Source: Thermoanaerobaculia bacterium (GTDB lineage: Bacteria; Acidobacteriota; Thermoanaerobaculia; Multivoradales; UBA5704). Taken from it: DNA of 64,000 nt. A program made the translations under genes and the position numbers. The stretch covers positions 1 to 64,000 of the forward strand of contig JBGAGQ010000001.1 in the NCBI GenBank assembly GCA_044226625.1, given 5' to 3'. Within the stretch, counting starts at the first letter, position 1, and every line of letters starts with the position of its first letter. A model generated the notes under the pieces. It was not told the origin of the DNA. It saw only the letters and a list, made by a program, of their open reading frames with translations, and made no database searches. Below, piece after piece: positions 39,644 through 49,040 of this stretch.

Positions 39644-42600
39644 GTGAACCCTAAACCCCTGCACGGAGCGGAAGACCACCCGCTATCCAAGCGGATGAGG
39701 GCCTTCGGCTGTCCGGATCTCATCCCGCTCGATCAACCGCTCTCTAGTCCGCAACAGATCGAATACCTGGATCTCCTGCCCAAGAAGGGCGCCTCCTCCG
39801 CACCTCTCGTGACCGGCGTCGCCGAGCACCAGGGAACGGCCCTGCTCTACGTCTTGGACGCCGGTGGCGAAGGTGAGAGCGCCGAGAGAATCGCCGAGAT
39901 CCAGCGCCAGCTCGCCAACCGCAGCGATCCCGCCTGGCTCGGCGTAGCGCGCCCCGGCTCTCTCGAACTCTTCCCCATCGGCTTTCGAGAGACGGCCACC
40001 ACCGCGCCTCTCCGGGTGATCTCCGAGAAGGAGGGGACGGCGCCGCTCTTTTTCCAGAGCCTGGTCCACGGCTCCTTCTCGGAGGGCGAGAAAGTCCAAG
40101 GCGCGGACTACGTCTTCAAAAAGATCTTTGACCTCTTGACGCAAACGATCGATGAATACGTTGGAGAGGGCGCCAAAGGGCACGAGATTCAACCGCTCGA
40201 CGTTCTTTCGATGGCCGGGCGCGCGCTCTTCTTTCGCTTTCTGATCGATCGAAAGATCGTGCTTGCCTCGGAACGAGAGGAGATCTGCCCGGCGGCCGAT
40301 GGATTGAAGGACGCCTTCGCCAACGCCGAGAAGGCCGCGCAGACCTCCGCCTGGCTCGACGAGACCTTCAACGGCGACTTCCTTCGGCTGATCGACGAGT
40401 CGATTCCGGCCACCGATCGCCCTGCCCGCCAAGAGGCGTATCGGCATTTCTACCGGCGAATCGAACGTCGCGCAGGCAAGAACTTTTTCAATCACCTCCA
40501 CGCCATCTTGAACGGTTGGCGGGGCACCGGAGGTGTGTTCCAGCAGGAGCTGGACTGGAACGATCTCGACTTCGCCCACATCCCCGTGGGGGTCTTGAGC
40601 CAGGTCTACGAGAGCTTCAGCCACCGGGCCAATCCCGTGACGGCCCGTGAGACGAGCGTTCACTACACTCCGCGAACGATCGCGAGGCTGATGGTGGACC
40701 AAGCGTTTGCTGCGATCCCGGATCCCGCGCGAGCGATGGTCTTGGACCCTGCCTGCGGCGCGGGAATTTTCCTCGTTCTCGCCCTACGTCGCCTCGTGAG
40801 CGAGCGCTGGCAGGCGGACCAAAAGCGCCCTAATACCCGGACGATTCAAGACATCCTCTATAGCCAGTTACGCGGCTTCGATGTCAGTGAGTCGGCCCTG
40901 CGCCTTGCGGCTCTTGCGCTATACATCACGGCCATCGAGCTGAACGGAACGCAGAGACCGCCGAACGCGTTGAAATTCCCCAAGGATCTTCGAGAAGGGG
41001 TGCTTTTCCACTTCGGAAACGATGCGCCGGAAGAGGCGGCTTTCTCTCTGGGCAGCCTCGGGCCGCGCGTCCCTCCCGAGTTCGATGGCGTCTTCGACCT
41101 CGTGATCGGCAACCCGCCCTGGAAGCGCCTACGCGAGGAAGAGTTACAGAGAACGGCTTCTAAGAGCGAGCGACGGAAGACGACCCAGACGGCCGCGCTG
41201 AACGCAGAGTTCACACGGATCGGCCAGCGCGTGCTACGGGAACGAGGATTCGGCGACCTGGCGAAACGTTACAAGAACCCGGACAAGGACCCTGATCTTC
41301 CTTTTCTCTGGCGGGCCGCCGAGTGGGCCAAGAAGCCCTCCGGCGTCATCGCTCTCGCCCTGCCCGCCAGGTTGATCGGGCGCACCAGCGGAAAAGGTCA
41401 CGAGGCTTGGATGGCGATCCTGAAAAGCCTCTCGGTGACAGGTCTGATCAACGGTGCCGACCTGCGAAAGTCTGCCGTCTGGGAATCGATGGATCTACCT
41501 TTCTGCCTGCTATTCGCGCGCAATTCCGCGCCACCGCCTGACCACCGATTCATCTTCGCGGCTCCTCTCCGCGAACCCGAGTTGAATCAACAGAGCCGCT
41601 TTCGCCTCGACTACGAGACGGCCAAGCCGGTGAGCGTCGAGCGGATCGAGCGTCAACCTTGGATTCTCAAGACGCTGTCTCTCGGCACATGGCGAGACGT
41701 GGCGGTGATGGAAAAGCTTTTGCGGGCTTTCCCGCAGAGCTTGACGACGTTTTGGCGGGGGTGGAATCCCAAAGGGGATAAAACGGGAAAAGGTTTCGAT
41801 ATTTCGCCGAACTTAAAACAAAGTCCCGCTGACTTTCTGGCTGACCTTAAGGTCTTCGCACTACCTGACGATCGCAGCGCCCTAGACGTTCGGGATCTGG
41901 AAACTTTCTTTGAGCGCTATGGCCAGAGGACCGCGCATATGCCCCGGACCCAGAATCTCTTTCAGCCTCCGCTGCTCATCGTTCCCCAGGCGCCTGGCGC
42001 CGATCCAGAGCGCAGCCGCGCTTACCTTTCGCGGGAGGCCCTGGCCTTCTCCCAGAGTCACTACGGGTATTCGTGCGCCGGTCACCCTGAGGAGGAGACG
42101 CTGGCGGCGCTTCTCTACCTGGTACCTCACTCGACACTATTTTCATACTTCTGCCTGATGTCCAGCCGGCGAGCCGGCTTTGATCGGCAGACGATCAACA
42201 AAGAAGAGCTCGATGCCCTGCCATTCCCCGATCCTAGCTTGCTCTCGAAGCCGGAGAAGTCCACGATTCAAAGGCTCGCAAGAGAGTTGGAAAGTGGCGC
42301 GAAGGGAGCCCTATTTGAAATCGACTCGTTCCTCTTTCGCCTCTACGGCCTGGACGATGAGGAAGGTCAGACTCTTCGCGACACGCTGTTCGCCGCCATG
42401 TCCTATCGCCGGCAAGGGTGCGCGGCCCTGGAGCGCACAAGCCAACCGGATCGCGATCCGTTCCGCCAAGAGCTGTGCAGCCTTCTGGCGCCGTACTTCA
42501 CTGTTTGTGGCGAACAGATCTTCGTCCAAGAAGCGAGCGATCCACCGGACCGGCGGGAGCAGCCTTGGTTTTTTCTCGCACTCTCGCTAGCGCCGGAATC

Positions 42601-42814
42601 GGTGGCTGTGGGCTCTGCCCTGCTGCGTACAGCCATGCAGGAGGCCAACGAGCGTTCGGCGAGCCGGATCTTCGTCCGATTGCCCGGCAAGCGCGGCCTG
42701 CTTCTGGGGCTGCTCAACGAGCGTCGTTGGTGGACGATCACCCGGGCGCGCCTTTGCGGCCAGGCGATTCTTCGGCAGCATCTCGACGCCTTCGGCCTGC
42801 CCGAGACGGTATGA
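39644..42814 (+). CDS. Large N6-adenine DNA methyltransferase (type IIG-like MTase-TRD)
   Basis: SQVYE, HYTP, LDPACGAGIFL (motif I), IGNPPW (motif IV). Confidence 0.88.
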   Translation: MNPKPLHGAEDHPLSKRMRAFGCPDLIPLDQPLSSPQQIEYLDLLPKKGASSAPLVTGVAEHQGTALLYVLDAGGEGESAERIAEIQRQLANRSDPAWLGVARPGSLELFPIGFRETATTAPLRVISEKEGTAPLFFQSLVHGSFSEGEKVQGADYVFKKIFDLLTQTIDEYVGEGAKGHEIQPLDVLSMAGRALFFRFLIDRKIVLASEREEICPAADGLKDAFANAEKAAQTSAWLDETFNGDFLRLIDESIPATDRPARQEAYRHFYRRIERRAGKNFFNHLHAILNGWRGTGGVFQQELDWNDLDFAHIPVGVLSQVYESFSHRANPVTARETSVHYTPRTIARLMVDQAFAAIPDPARAMVLDPACGAGIFLVLALRRLVSERWQADQKRPNTRTIQDILYSQLRGFDVSESALRLAALALYITAIELNGTQRPPNALKFPKDLREGVLFHFGNDAPEEAAFSLGSLGPRVPPEFDGVFDLVIGNPPWKRLREEELQRTASKSERRKTTQTAALNAEFTRIGQRVLRERGFGDLAKRYKNPDKDPDLPFLWRAAEWAKKPSGVIALALPARLIGRTSGKGHEAWMAILKSLSVTGLINGADLRKSAVWESMDLPFCLLFARNSAPPPDHRFIFAAPLREPELNQQSRFRLDYETAKPVSVERIERQPWILKTLSLGTWRDVAVMEKLLRAFPQSLTTFWRGWNPKGDKTGKGFDISPNLKQSPADFLADLKVFALPDDRSALDVRDLETFFERYGQRTAHMPRTQNLFQPPLLIVPQAPGADPERSRAYLSREALAFSQSHYGYSCAGHPEEETLAALLYLVPHSTLFSYFCLMSSRRAGFDRQTINKEELDALPFPDPSLLSKPEKSTIQRLARELESGAKGALFEIDSFLFRLYGLDDEEGQTLRDTLFAAMSYRRQGCAALERTSQPDRDPFRQELCSLLAPYFTVCGEQIFVQEASDPPDRREQPWFFLALSLAPESVAVGSALLRTAMQEANERSASRIFVRLPGKRGLLLGLLNERRWWTITRARLCGQAILRQHLDAFGLPETV

Positions 42815-43563
42815 GTCGAGCGCCGGTCGACGGCTACTTCACCCACGGCGTCCGGCCGGAGGATTATCGGCTGCCGCACCCGCGGCTTGGACTGCCGGTG
42901 ATCCTTCTGGTCCGCCGCGTACTCGTTCGAGCGTTCGAAATCCTGTCGGAAGGGTTAGGTTCCCCGGCGGCGCAGGACGAGGACGGCGTCACCATGGCGT
43001 TACGGAACGTGATCGAGAACCATCTGCGGCACCGAGGTGAAGTGCCGGGGTTCAACCGATCGACCTTCGAGACGGTTGACCGCCAGGCTCAGGTGGAAAA
43101 TTTTGACGGCTCCAAGCGGGGAAAGGCGCCGGATCTGTGCTTCCGGCTACGCAACGACGACGAGGAACCGCGCCCCGTCCTCTCCGTGCATGACGCCCTT
43201 TTCGTAGAGTGCAAGCCCGTGGACAAAACCCACGCCGCAGGGAGCAGGTACTGTGACGAGGGTCTGTGCCGGTTTGTCGACGGCGACTACGCCTGGGCGA
43301 TGGAGGAGGCGATGATGCTCGCCTATACCCGGGCGAACCGGACCCTCGCCAAACATCTGATCCCCGCAATGCAGGAGCGCCAACGCTTCGAAGCCCTGAA
43401 GACGGTCGAGCTACCGCGGCCTGTTCTCGTGACCGAAGCGGCCCATCAGCCCGACACCGAGGCGCTCCACATCAGCCGCCACCGGAGAGGCTTCACCTGG
43501 CTGGACGGCAAAGGGCCGGCGACCGATATCTGGATCTACCACTCCTGGCACCGGTGCGATTAG
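42811..43563 (+). CDS. Putative PD-(D/E)xK nuclease
   Basis: PDLCF…FVECK; ATGA overlap with the MTase stop. Confidence 0.65.
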   Translation: MSRAPVDGYFTHGVRPEDYRLPHPRLGLPVILLVRRVLVRAFEILSEGLGSPAAQDEDGVTMALRNVIENHLRHRGEVPGFNRSTFETVDRQAQVENFDGSKRGKAPDLCFRLRNDDEEPRPVLSVHDALFVECKPVDKTHAAGSRYCDEGLCRFVDGDYAWAMEEAMMLAYTRANRTLAKHLIPAMQERQRFEALKTVELPRPVLVTEAAHQPDTEALHISRHRRGFTWLDGKGPATDIWIYHSWHRCD

Positions 43564-43773
43564 CACGCGCGGGAGAAGTTTCACCCCTGGCTGGAGGATG
43601 AAGTGCTGGCAGCGGACTATGCAGCGGGGGTGCTGGATGTGGAGGGGGCCAGGCCTTCGGCAATCGTGAAATAGATTGAAGTGTCGAACCGCCGAGGATC
43701 TTCAGGGCTGCCGCTCTGATAGGCTTTTGCGCGGCTACTCTTCCACGATTCCCCCTCCTCAAGGAGAGGCACC

Positions 43774-44271
43774 ATGGGCTCGTTCCTGGATTTCCTGGCG
43801 GTCCACCGGATTGGCTTGGCGGCCGCCACCCTCCTGGCGGCGGGCTTGGTGGTGCTCGTTCAGTGGCTCGCTTGGATTTTCGCCATGGGTCGTTTCAAGT
43901 CGGACCCGGATGCCAAGCCCACCTCTCCTACCTCACCGCTTCGCTTCGTGATCGCCGATTTCCTGGTCCGGCTGATCAACGACTTCCGGCACCTGCTGGC
44001 GCTCGTGCTCCTGCTGGTTTTCGCCGCGACCTTGGCGGCGGTTCTTACCTGGGCGAAGGACTTCGCGCAGGTGAAAGAGGGGTTGCAGATCGTGATGGCA
44101 ACGCTCGGAGGCCTCCTCGGCTCGATCATCGGCTATTATTTTGGCGAGTCGTCGGCCCGGAAGAGCGAGGGGGCCGGAGGCGCCCCGATTCCTCCGGCCG
44201 TGTCGAACCAACCGCCGCCGACGCAGAGCGAATCCCCTCCCCCGCAGCCCGCGCCGAAGCCGCCGGTCTAG
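43774..44271 (+). CDS. Three-TM membrane protein
   Basis: AAGGAG RBS; three hydrophobic helices; LLGSIIGYYFG; Pro-rich tail. Confidence 0.75.
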   Translation: MGSFLDFLAVHRIGLAAATLLAAGLVVLVQWLAWIFAMGRFKSDPDAKPTSPTSPLRFVIADFLVRLINDFRHLLALVLLLVFAATLAAVLTWAKDFAQVKEGLQIVMATLGGLLGSIIGYYFGESSARKSEGAGGAPIPPAVSNQPPPTQSESPPPQPAPKPPV

Positions 44272-44295
44272 GGGTAGGATCAGGGACGGAGGCCG

Positions 44296-44685
44296 ATGCT
44301 CATGAATCCTCTCGAAGTCAAAGACTCCGTCGTCGATCCCGACTCGCACGACCGAACGATCCGCTACCAGCCGTTGCCCCAAGGCGACGATCGAGCGCTC
44401 TACCGGGTTTTCATCTACCTCGAGGGTCCCGCGCTGCCGTTCGTCGAGAGCGTTACCTACACCCTCCATGAGACTTTCCCGGATCGGGTTCGCACGATCC
44501 GGCGCACGCCCGCCAACCCGAGCTGCAAACTGGAGATTCGGACCTGGGGAACCTTCGAGGTGATCGCCGAGGTTCTGGAAAAGAGCGGAAGCTCCTTCCG
44601 CCTGACCCACCCACTCACCTACGACCGAGAGATCCGGCAAGCGATCGAACGCAACGAAACCCAGAGATTCCAGGCCGTGGCCTGA
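44296..44685 (+). CDS. Prokaryotic YEATS (pYEATS) domain protein
   Basis: VESVTYTLHETF…LEIRTWGTFEV. Confidence 0.8.
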   Translation: MLMNPLEVKDSVVDPDSHDRTIRYQPLPQGDDRALYRVFIYLEGPALPFVESVTYTLHETFPDRVRTIRRTPANPSCKLEIRTWGTFEVIAEVLEKSGSSFRLTHPLTYDREIRQAIERNETQRFQAVA

Positions 44686-44738
44686 TATCGAGCGGCTCGA
44701 CCGCTGCGTCAGACTGTTTGAGGTGAATCCCACCCTCG

Positions 44739-44798
44739 GAACAGCTTGCCGTAGTCGCGGATGCGCGTGCCGCGGCCGATGATCTGCTTGAACTCGGT
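44739..44798 (-). pseudogene. hsdR: Fragment of type I restriction enzyme R subunit (EcoAI/EcoEI-like)
   Basis: Reads TEFKQIIGRGTRIRDYGKLF, the helicase motif VI region. Confidence 0.7.
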
Positions 44799-44832
44799 CC
44801 TCGAGGCTGTGGCTTGAAAACGAAGGGTGATT

Positions 44833-44946
44833 CTAAGCGGCTCCTTCCGGATGCCCGTAGAGCTTCAGCCAGGACTCCAGCCTCTCGACCCAAGAACGAA
44901 ACAGCGGGCATTCTCGCCGGATGGCGTCGATCAGCAGGCGGGACAT
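44833..44946 (-). pseudogene. Internally deleted DUF4276-family gene
   Basis: MSRLLI fused directly to DAIRRECPLFRSWVERLE; sits just downstream of the ATPase. Confidence 0.6.
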
Positions 44947-44950
44947 GGGC

Positions 44951-46057
44951 TCACTCCGCCCCGGGACGGCCGCCCAGCTCGTTCTTTTCCCAAAGCTGGC
45001 CCAGGCTATAGTCCTCCAGCCAGGATGCAAGCTTCGCGGGGTCCAGCCGGGTAAACTGAGTACCTCCGTCCACGCGGTCGGCCACCAGCACGTCTTCCGG
45101 CTGGAACTGGTCGAGCAGGAACGGCGATTGGGTCGAGACGATCACCTGCGTCTCGATCGAGACCTGCTTGATCAACGAGCCCAGCAGCGTGATGGCATAC
45201 GGGTGCAGCCCTAACTCAGGTTCGTCCACCAAGATAACCGAGGGGCGCAAGCGTTGCGGCTGAAGGAGCAGCGTCGCCAACGCGATGAAGCGAATCGTGC
45301 CGTCGGAGAGGGACGACGCATCGAAGTATGCGTCCGACCCTTTGTGCCGCCACTCCAGACGGATCGTTTTCGTATTCAGCCTCTGCGGCTCCAACTGGAA
45401 ATCGTCAAAAAAAGGAGCCGCAAGCGCAACGGTGCGTCGGATCAGGCTGTAGTCGTCCTCGTGCTTCTCTCTCAGAAAATAAAGGAAGGCGGCCAGGTTC
45501 GAGCCGTCCGGACGCAGGTAACGGTTGTCGTTCACGTCCGCTGTCTTTTTCATCGGCGAGGTCGAGCTGGTGTCGTGGAAATGGTAGAGGCGCCAGCTGT
45601 CGAGGTGCTCGCGGACGTATTTTTGAACCCCTTCGGACTTCGGTGAGCTGATCCCAGCTTCCTTACCGATGCGCTCGATCGGTCCTTCCCATGGATCCGG
45701 GTGTTTCGCCTGATCCCAGAAGAAGACCCGCTCGGACTCCGGAACGAGCTCGTCGGCGCTGGTCGGCTGCAAAACGATCTTGTATTCGTTCACCTTATTC
45801 CGGAAAGAAATTTGAAGTTCCAACCTGTCCGTCACCTTCGACCCAAAATGCAGCACCTTGTCGGCACCACCCGCCTTGAGGACGTAGTCCTGCAATCGCC
45901 CTTCTCGAATCTCGCGTAAGAACGAGAACACCCCGATGAAGTTCGACTTCCCCGAACCGTTCGGGCCAATCAACACGTTGATCGGCGCGAGCTTCAGCTT
46001 CTCGATCGAAGCGATGCTCTTGAAGCCTTTGACGGTGATGGTGTCCAGCTCGGACAT
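44951..46057 (-). CDS. ABC-type AAA ATPase (AAA_21/SMC-like)
   Basis: GFKSI, GPNGSGKS, LSDGT, VDEPELGLHP, STQS, LGQLWEKN. Confidence 0.9.
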   Translation of the reverse strand: MSELDTITVKGFKSIASIEKLKLAPINVLIGPNGSGKSNFIGVFSFLREIREGRLQDYVLKAGGADKVLHFGSKVTDRLELQISFRNKVNEYKIVLQPTSADELVPESERVFFWDQAKHPDPWEGPIERIGKEAGISSPKSEGVQKYVREHLDSWRLYHFHDTSSTSPMKKTADVNDNRYLRPDGSNLAAFLYFLREKHEDDYSLIRRTVALAAPFFDDFQLEPQRLNTKTIRLEWRHKGSDAYFDASSLSDGTIRFIALATLLLQPQRLRPSVILVDEPELGLHPYAITLLGSLIKQVSIETQVIVSTQSPFLLDQFQPEDVLVADRVDGGTQFTRLDPAKLASWLEDYSLGQLWEKNELGGRPGAE

Positions 46058-46280
46058 GGATCTCTTCTCGTCGAATTCGAAAGCCGGCGGGCTCGGCGGT
46101 TCTGAGCGATAGTATGACGCACCGACGAGTGAAGTTTGGCCACTTCGGCCGATCGACGGGCGCGCCAGCGCAAGCTCCAACGGTGCAAGTGAGGTGCGGT
46201 GCGAGAAAGCGGCTTAACGCCCTGACGCGTGGCGATGCAGACCGTAACCTCGCCATTCACGCCCGAGACCGTCCTCCAGC

Positions 46281-46520
46281 CCCAGGAAGTCGCTTCCAGC
46301 CCCAGGAAGTCGCTTCCTGAGCTGGGAAGTCGCTTCCTGCGCTGCGAAGTCACTTCCCGGCCCGGGAAGTCGCTTCCTGCCCTGGGAAGTCACTTCCGGG
46401 CCTGGCAAGTCTCTTCCTGATCCGGGAAGTCACTGCCTGGACTGGGAAGTCGCTTCCTGAGAGGGGAAGTCACTTCCTGGCCTGGGAAGTCGCTTCCTGG
46501 GCTGGCAAGTCGCTTCCTGG
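46281..46520. repeat. 20-bp tandem array, 12 copies, palindromic core GGAAGTC(G/A)CTTCC
   Basis: Exact 20-bp period from 46281; degenerate in-phase copies continue to about 46620. Confidence 0.93.
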
Positions 46521-46749
46521 ACCGAGAGGTCACATGCTGCGCCGGAAAGCCGCTTCCCCGGGCGTAGAGCGGGGTGCCGAGGTGGGAAGCGGCTTGCGGA
46601 GCCGGCGAGCCGCTTCCGGCGCGGGGCTTCCGCTCGGGGACCGCGCCTTTACTCTTCGCTCTCGAACGGGCAAAATCGCGCCTCTAAGCAAGCCGTCCGG
46701 TCCCCCCGGGCTCTCCCACCAGATCTTCTCCTTTCCTGGATACCGAATC

Positions 46750-47472
46750 ATGGGCCGCATCTTCGAAACTCGAAAACACACGATGTTCGCGCGCTGGGAC
46801 CGGATGTCGAAGCAGTTCAACCGGATCGGCAAAGAAATCACCATCGCGGTGAAGGCCGGCGGTCCGGACGCGGCGAGCAACCCGATGCTCCGCCGGGTCA
46901 TCCAGAACGCCCGCGCGGTCAACATGCCGAAGGACAAGGTCGATTCGGCGATCAAGCGCGCCTCGGGCCAGGATGCGACGACCTACGAGGAGATCATCTA
47001 CGAGGGGTACGCCCCGAACGGGATCGCGATTCTCGTCGAGACGGCGACCGACAACCCGACGCGCACGGTGTCGAACCTTCGGACGCATTTCAACAAGGGG
47101 AACGGCAACCTCGGCAGCTCGGGCAGCGTCGCGTTCCTGTTCAAGAAGATGGGCGTCTTCCGCCTGAACCCGAAAGGGATCGACGCCGAGACGCTGGAGC
47201 TCGATCTGATCGACTTCGGCCTCGAGGAGATGGGCGAAACGACCGGCGAAAAGGGCGAGCCCCAGATCCTCGTCCGGTGCGCCTTCAACGACTTCGGGAA
47301 CCTCCAGAAGGCGCTCGAAGACCGCGGCATCACGCCGATCTCGGCCGAGGCGGAGTTCATTCCGACCACCCCGACGGAGCTGCCCGAAGACAAGGCGACC
47401 GAGGTGCTCGCGCTGGTCGACCGCCTGGAGCAGGACGACGACGTCCAGCGCGTGTTCCACAACCTCGCGTAG
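46750..47472 (+). CDS. yebC: YebC/PmpR family protein
   Basis: [30 protein letters not shown]. Confidence 0.93.
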   Translation: MGRIFETRKHTMFARWDRMSKQFNRIGKEITIAVKAGGPDAASNPMLRRVIQNARAVNMPKDKVDSAIKRASGQDATTYEEIIYEGYAPNGIAILVETATDNPTRTVSNLRTHFNKGNGNLGSSGSVAFLFKKMGVFRLNPKGIDAETLELDLIDFGLEEMGETTGEKGEPQILVRCAFNDFGNLQKALEDRGITPISAEAEFIPTTPTELPEDKATEVLALVDRLEQDDDVQRVFHNLA

Positions 47473-47483
47473 GGCGCGGCGCG

Positions 47484-47930
47484 TCAGCCGGCCTGCCGCC
47501 GGGCCTTTTCGCGGCGGGCCAGCTCCTCGTGGGACACGTCTTCGATGTGGGTGGCGATCCACCACTGGTTGCCGACCGGGTCGGTCACGCCGCCGTGGCG
47601 GTCGCCATAGAACATGTCGGCCGGCTCCTGGATCGCTTTCGCCCCCGCGGCGATCGCCTGGGCGTAGAGCGCGTCGCAATTCTCCACATACAGGTAGATC
47701 GCGCACGGCATCGCCGGCCATTGAGGCTGCGACCCCGACAGCATGAGGCGCGAGTCGCCGATCTGGAGCTCGGCGTGGCCGACCTCGCCGGTTTCGCGCA
47801 GCGAGCGGAACAGGACTTTGGCATCGAACGCCTTCTCGAGGAACTCGAGCAGACGGTGGGCGTCGGCGGCGATCAGGTACGGGGTCACCGTGTGGTACCC
47901 CTCGGGGATCGGGCGCACGGTTTCGTTCAT
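47484..47930 (-). CDS. VOC/PhnB family protein
   Basis: PEGYHTVTPYL, HAELQIGDS, FYGDR…DPVGNQWWI. Confidence 0.9.
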   Translation of the reverse strand: MNETVRPIPEGYHTVTPYLIAADAHRLLEFLEKAFDAKVLFRSLRETGEVGHAELQIGDSRLMLSGSQPQWPAMPCAIYLYVENCDALYAQAIAAGAKAIQEPADMFYGDRHGGVTDPVGNQWWIATHIEDVSHEELARREKARRQAG

Positions 47931-48089
47931 CGCAAACCTCCAGGATCGTCGGGGCGCCGGTAGCGGCGCCTCTCAGACGTATCCTCCCCCGTCCTCGCCC
48001 CCCACGTCTTGGAAAAAAGGTCCCCCGCGGGAGATCTCGGCGGCGGCCTCCGGCCGGGATCGCCAACGCCGTACCGCGGCCCCCCAGAA

Positions 48090-49040
48090 CTACCAGAGCT
48101 TACGGAAGCAGAACCACTGGTAGGGATCTTCGCGGATCGTCGCCTCGAGCTCGGCGATGAAGCGGCCGATCGCGTAGCGGACGTCGGCGTCCCGGTCGGC
48201 CGTCCGAGGCACGTGGATCGGCGGACGGACCTCGCTCCGATAGCTTAGGCGGCCGACCCGGCGGATGAACACCGGCAGCAGCGGCACGCCCGCCGCGCGC
48301 GCCAGGCTCGCCGGGCCGATCGGCAGTGGGAACGGCCGTCCGAACAGCGTCCCCTCGGTCGGCTTGCCCCAGCTGCGCGGCCGGTCCCCTTGGAGCGCCA
48401 CGATGTCGCCGTCGCGCAGCGCGTCGAGCAGGAGCATCGCGAGGCTCGGGTCGTTGTCGGCGAAGTGCGTGGTGTACCGGCCGTCCGACTGCTTCTCGAT
48501 CAACCCGCGGATGAACGCCTGGGCGCGCGGATCGACCTCCCCCTCGCGGACGACGTGCACCCTCCGGCCGGTCATCACCGACGGCACGAACGAACCCGCC
48601 TCCCAACTGCCGTAGTGCGCGGTCACCAGGATGAATCCGCCGGGCGCGTCGGTCACCTCGCGCCAGGAATCCATGCCCGAGATCACCGAATCGGGCTGCC
48701 GCTTGCCCGCGAGGTTTTCGTACCGCTCGGTGAGGCACCACGAGTAGACGTGGATCAGCCGGAAGATCCGCCTCTCGCGCTCGAGCCAGCCGCAGGGGCC
48801 GAGCACCCCTTCGAGGTTGCTCGCGATCGCCCGCCGGATGTTCCACAGGGTGGCCCAGAAGAAGATCGTGAACACGAGGATCGCCGGCCCGATCAACCAC
48901 TCCGGCAGGATGCGGATGCCGAACAGGTGGAAGCGGAACCAGAACACCCCGGTGACGTAGAACGGCCCCAGGATCCGGCGCCAGATTCCCGCCTCGGGCG
49001 CGTGCGGCGGGTTGTCCGGGGTGTCGGCCGCGACGCTCAT
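48090..49040 (-). CDS. Lipid A/lysophospholipid acyltransferase family protein
   Basis: TAHYGSWE, LQGDR, PYQWF. Confidence 0.85.
   Translation of the reverse strand: MSVAADTPDNPPHAPEAGIWRRILGPFYVTGVFWFRFHLFGIRILPEWLIGPAILVFTIFFWATLWNIRRAIASNLEGVLGPCGWLERERRIFRLIHVYSWCLTERYENLAGKRQPDSVISGMDSWREVTDAPGGFILVTAHYGSWEAGSFVPSVMTGRRVHVVREGEVDPRAQAFIRGLIEKQSDGRYTTHFADNDPSLAMLLLDALRDGDIVALQGDRPRSWGKPTEGTLFGRPFPLPIGPASLARAAGVPLLPVFIRRVGRLSYRSEVRPPIHVPRTADRDADVRYAIGRFIAELEATIREDPYQWFCFRKLW

Noticed and set aside
43564-43674. In-frame protein-like stretch after the nuclease TAG (possible read-through)
   Set aside because: Only 36 codons, no recognisable motif or recoding signal; could be chance or a gene scrap.
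46281-46520. CRISPR array
   Set aside because: Variable parts are only about 7 nt, far too short for spacers, and no cas genes are in the window.
39600-46700. Integrative element or prophage
   Set aside because: No integrase, transposase, tRNA target or flanking direct repeats were seen.
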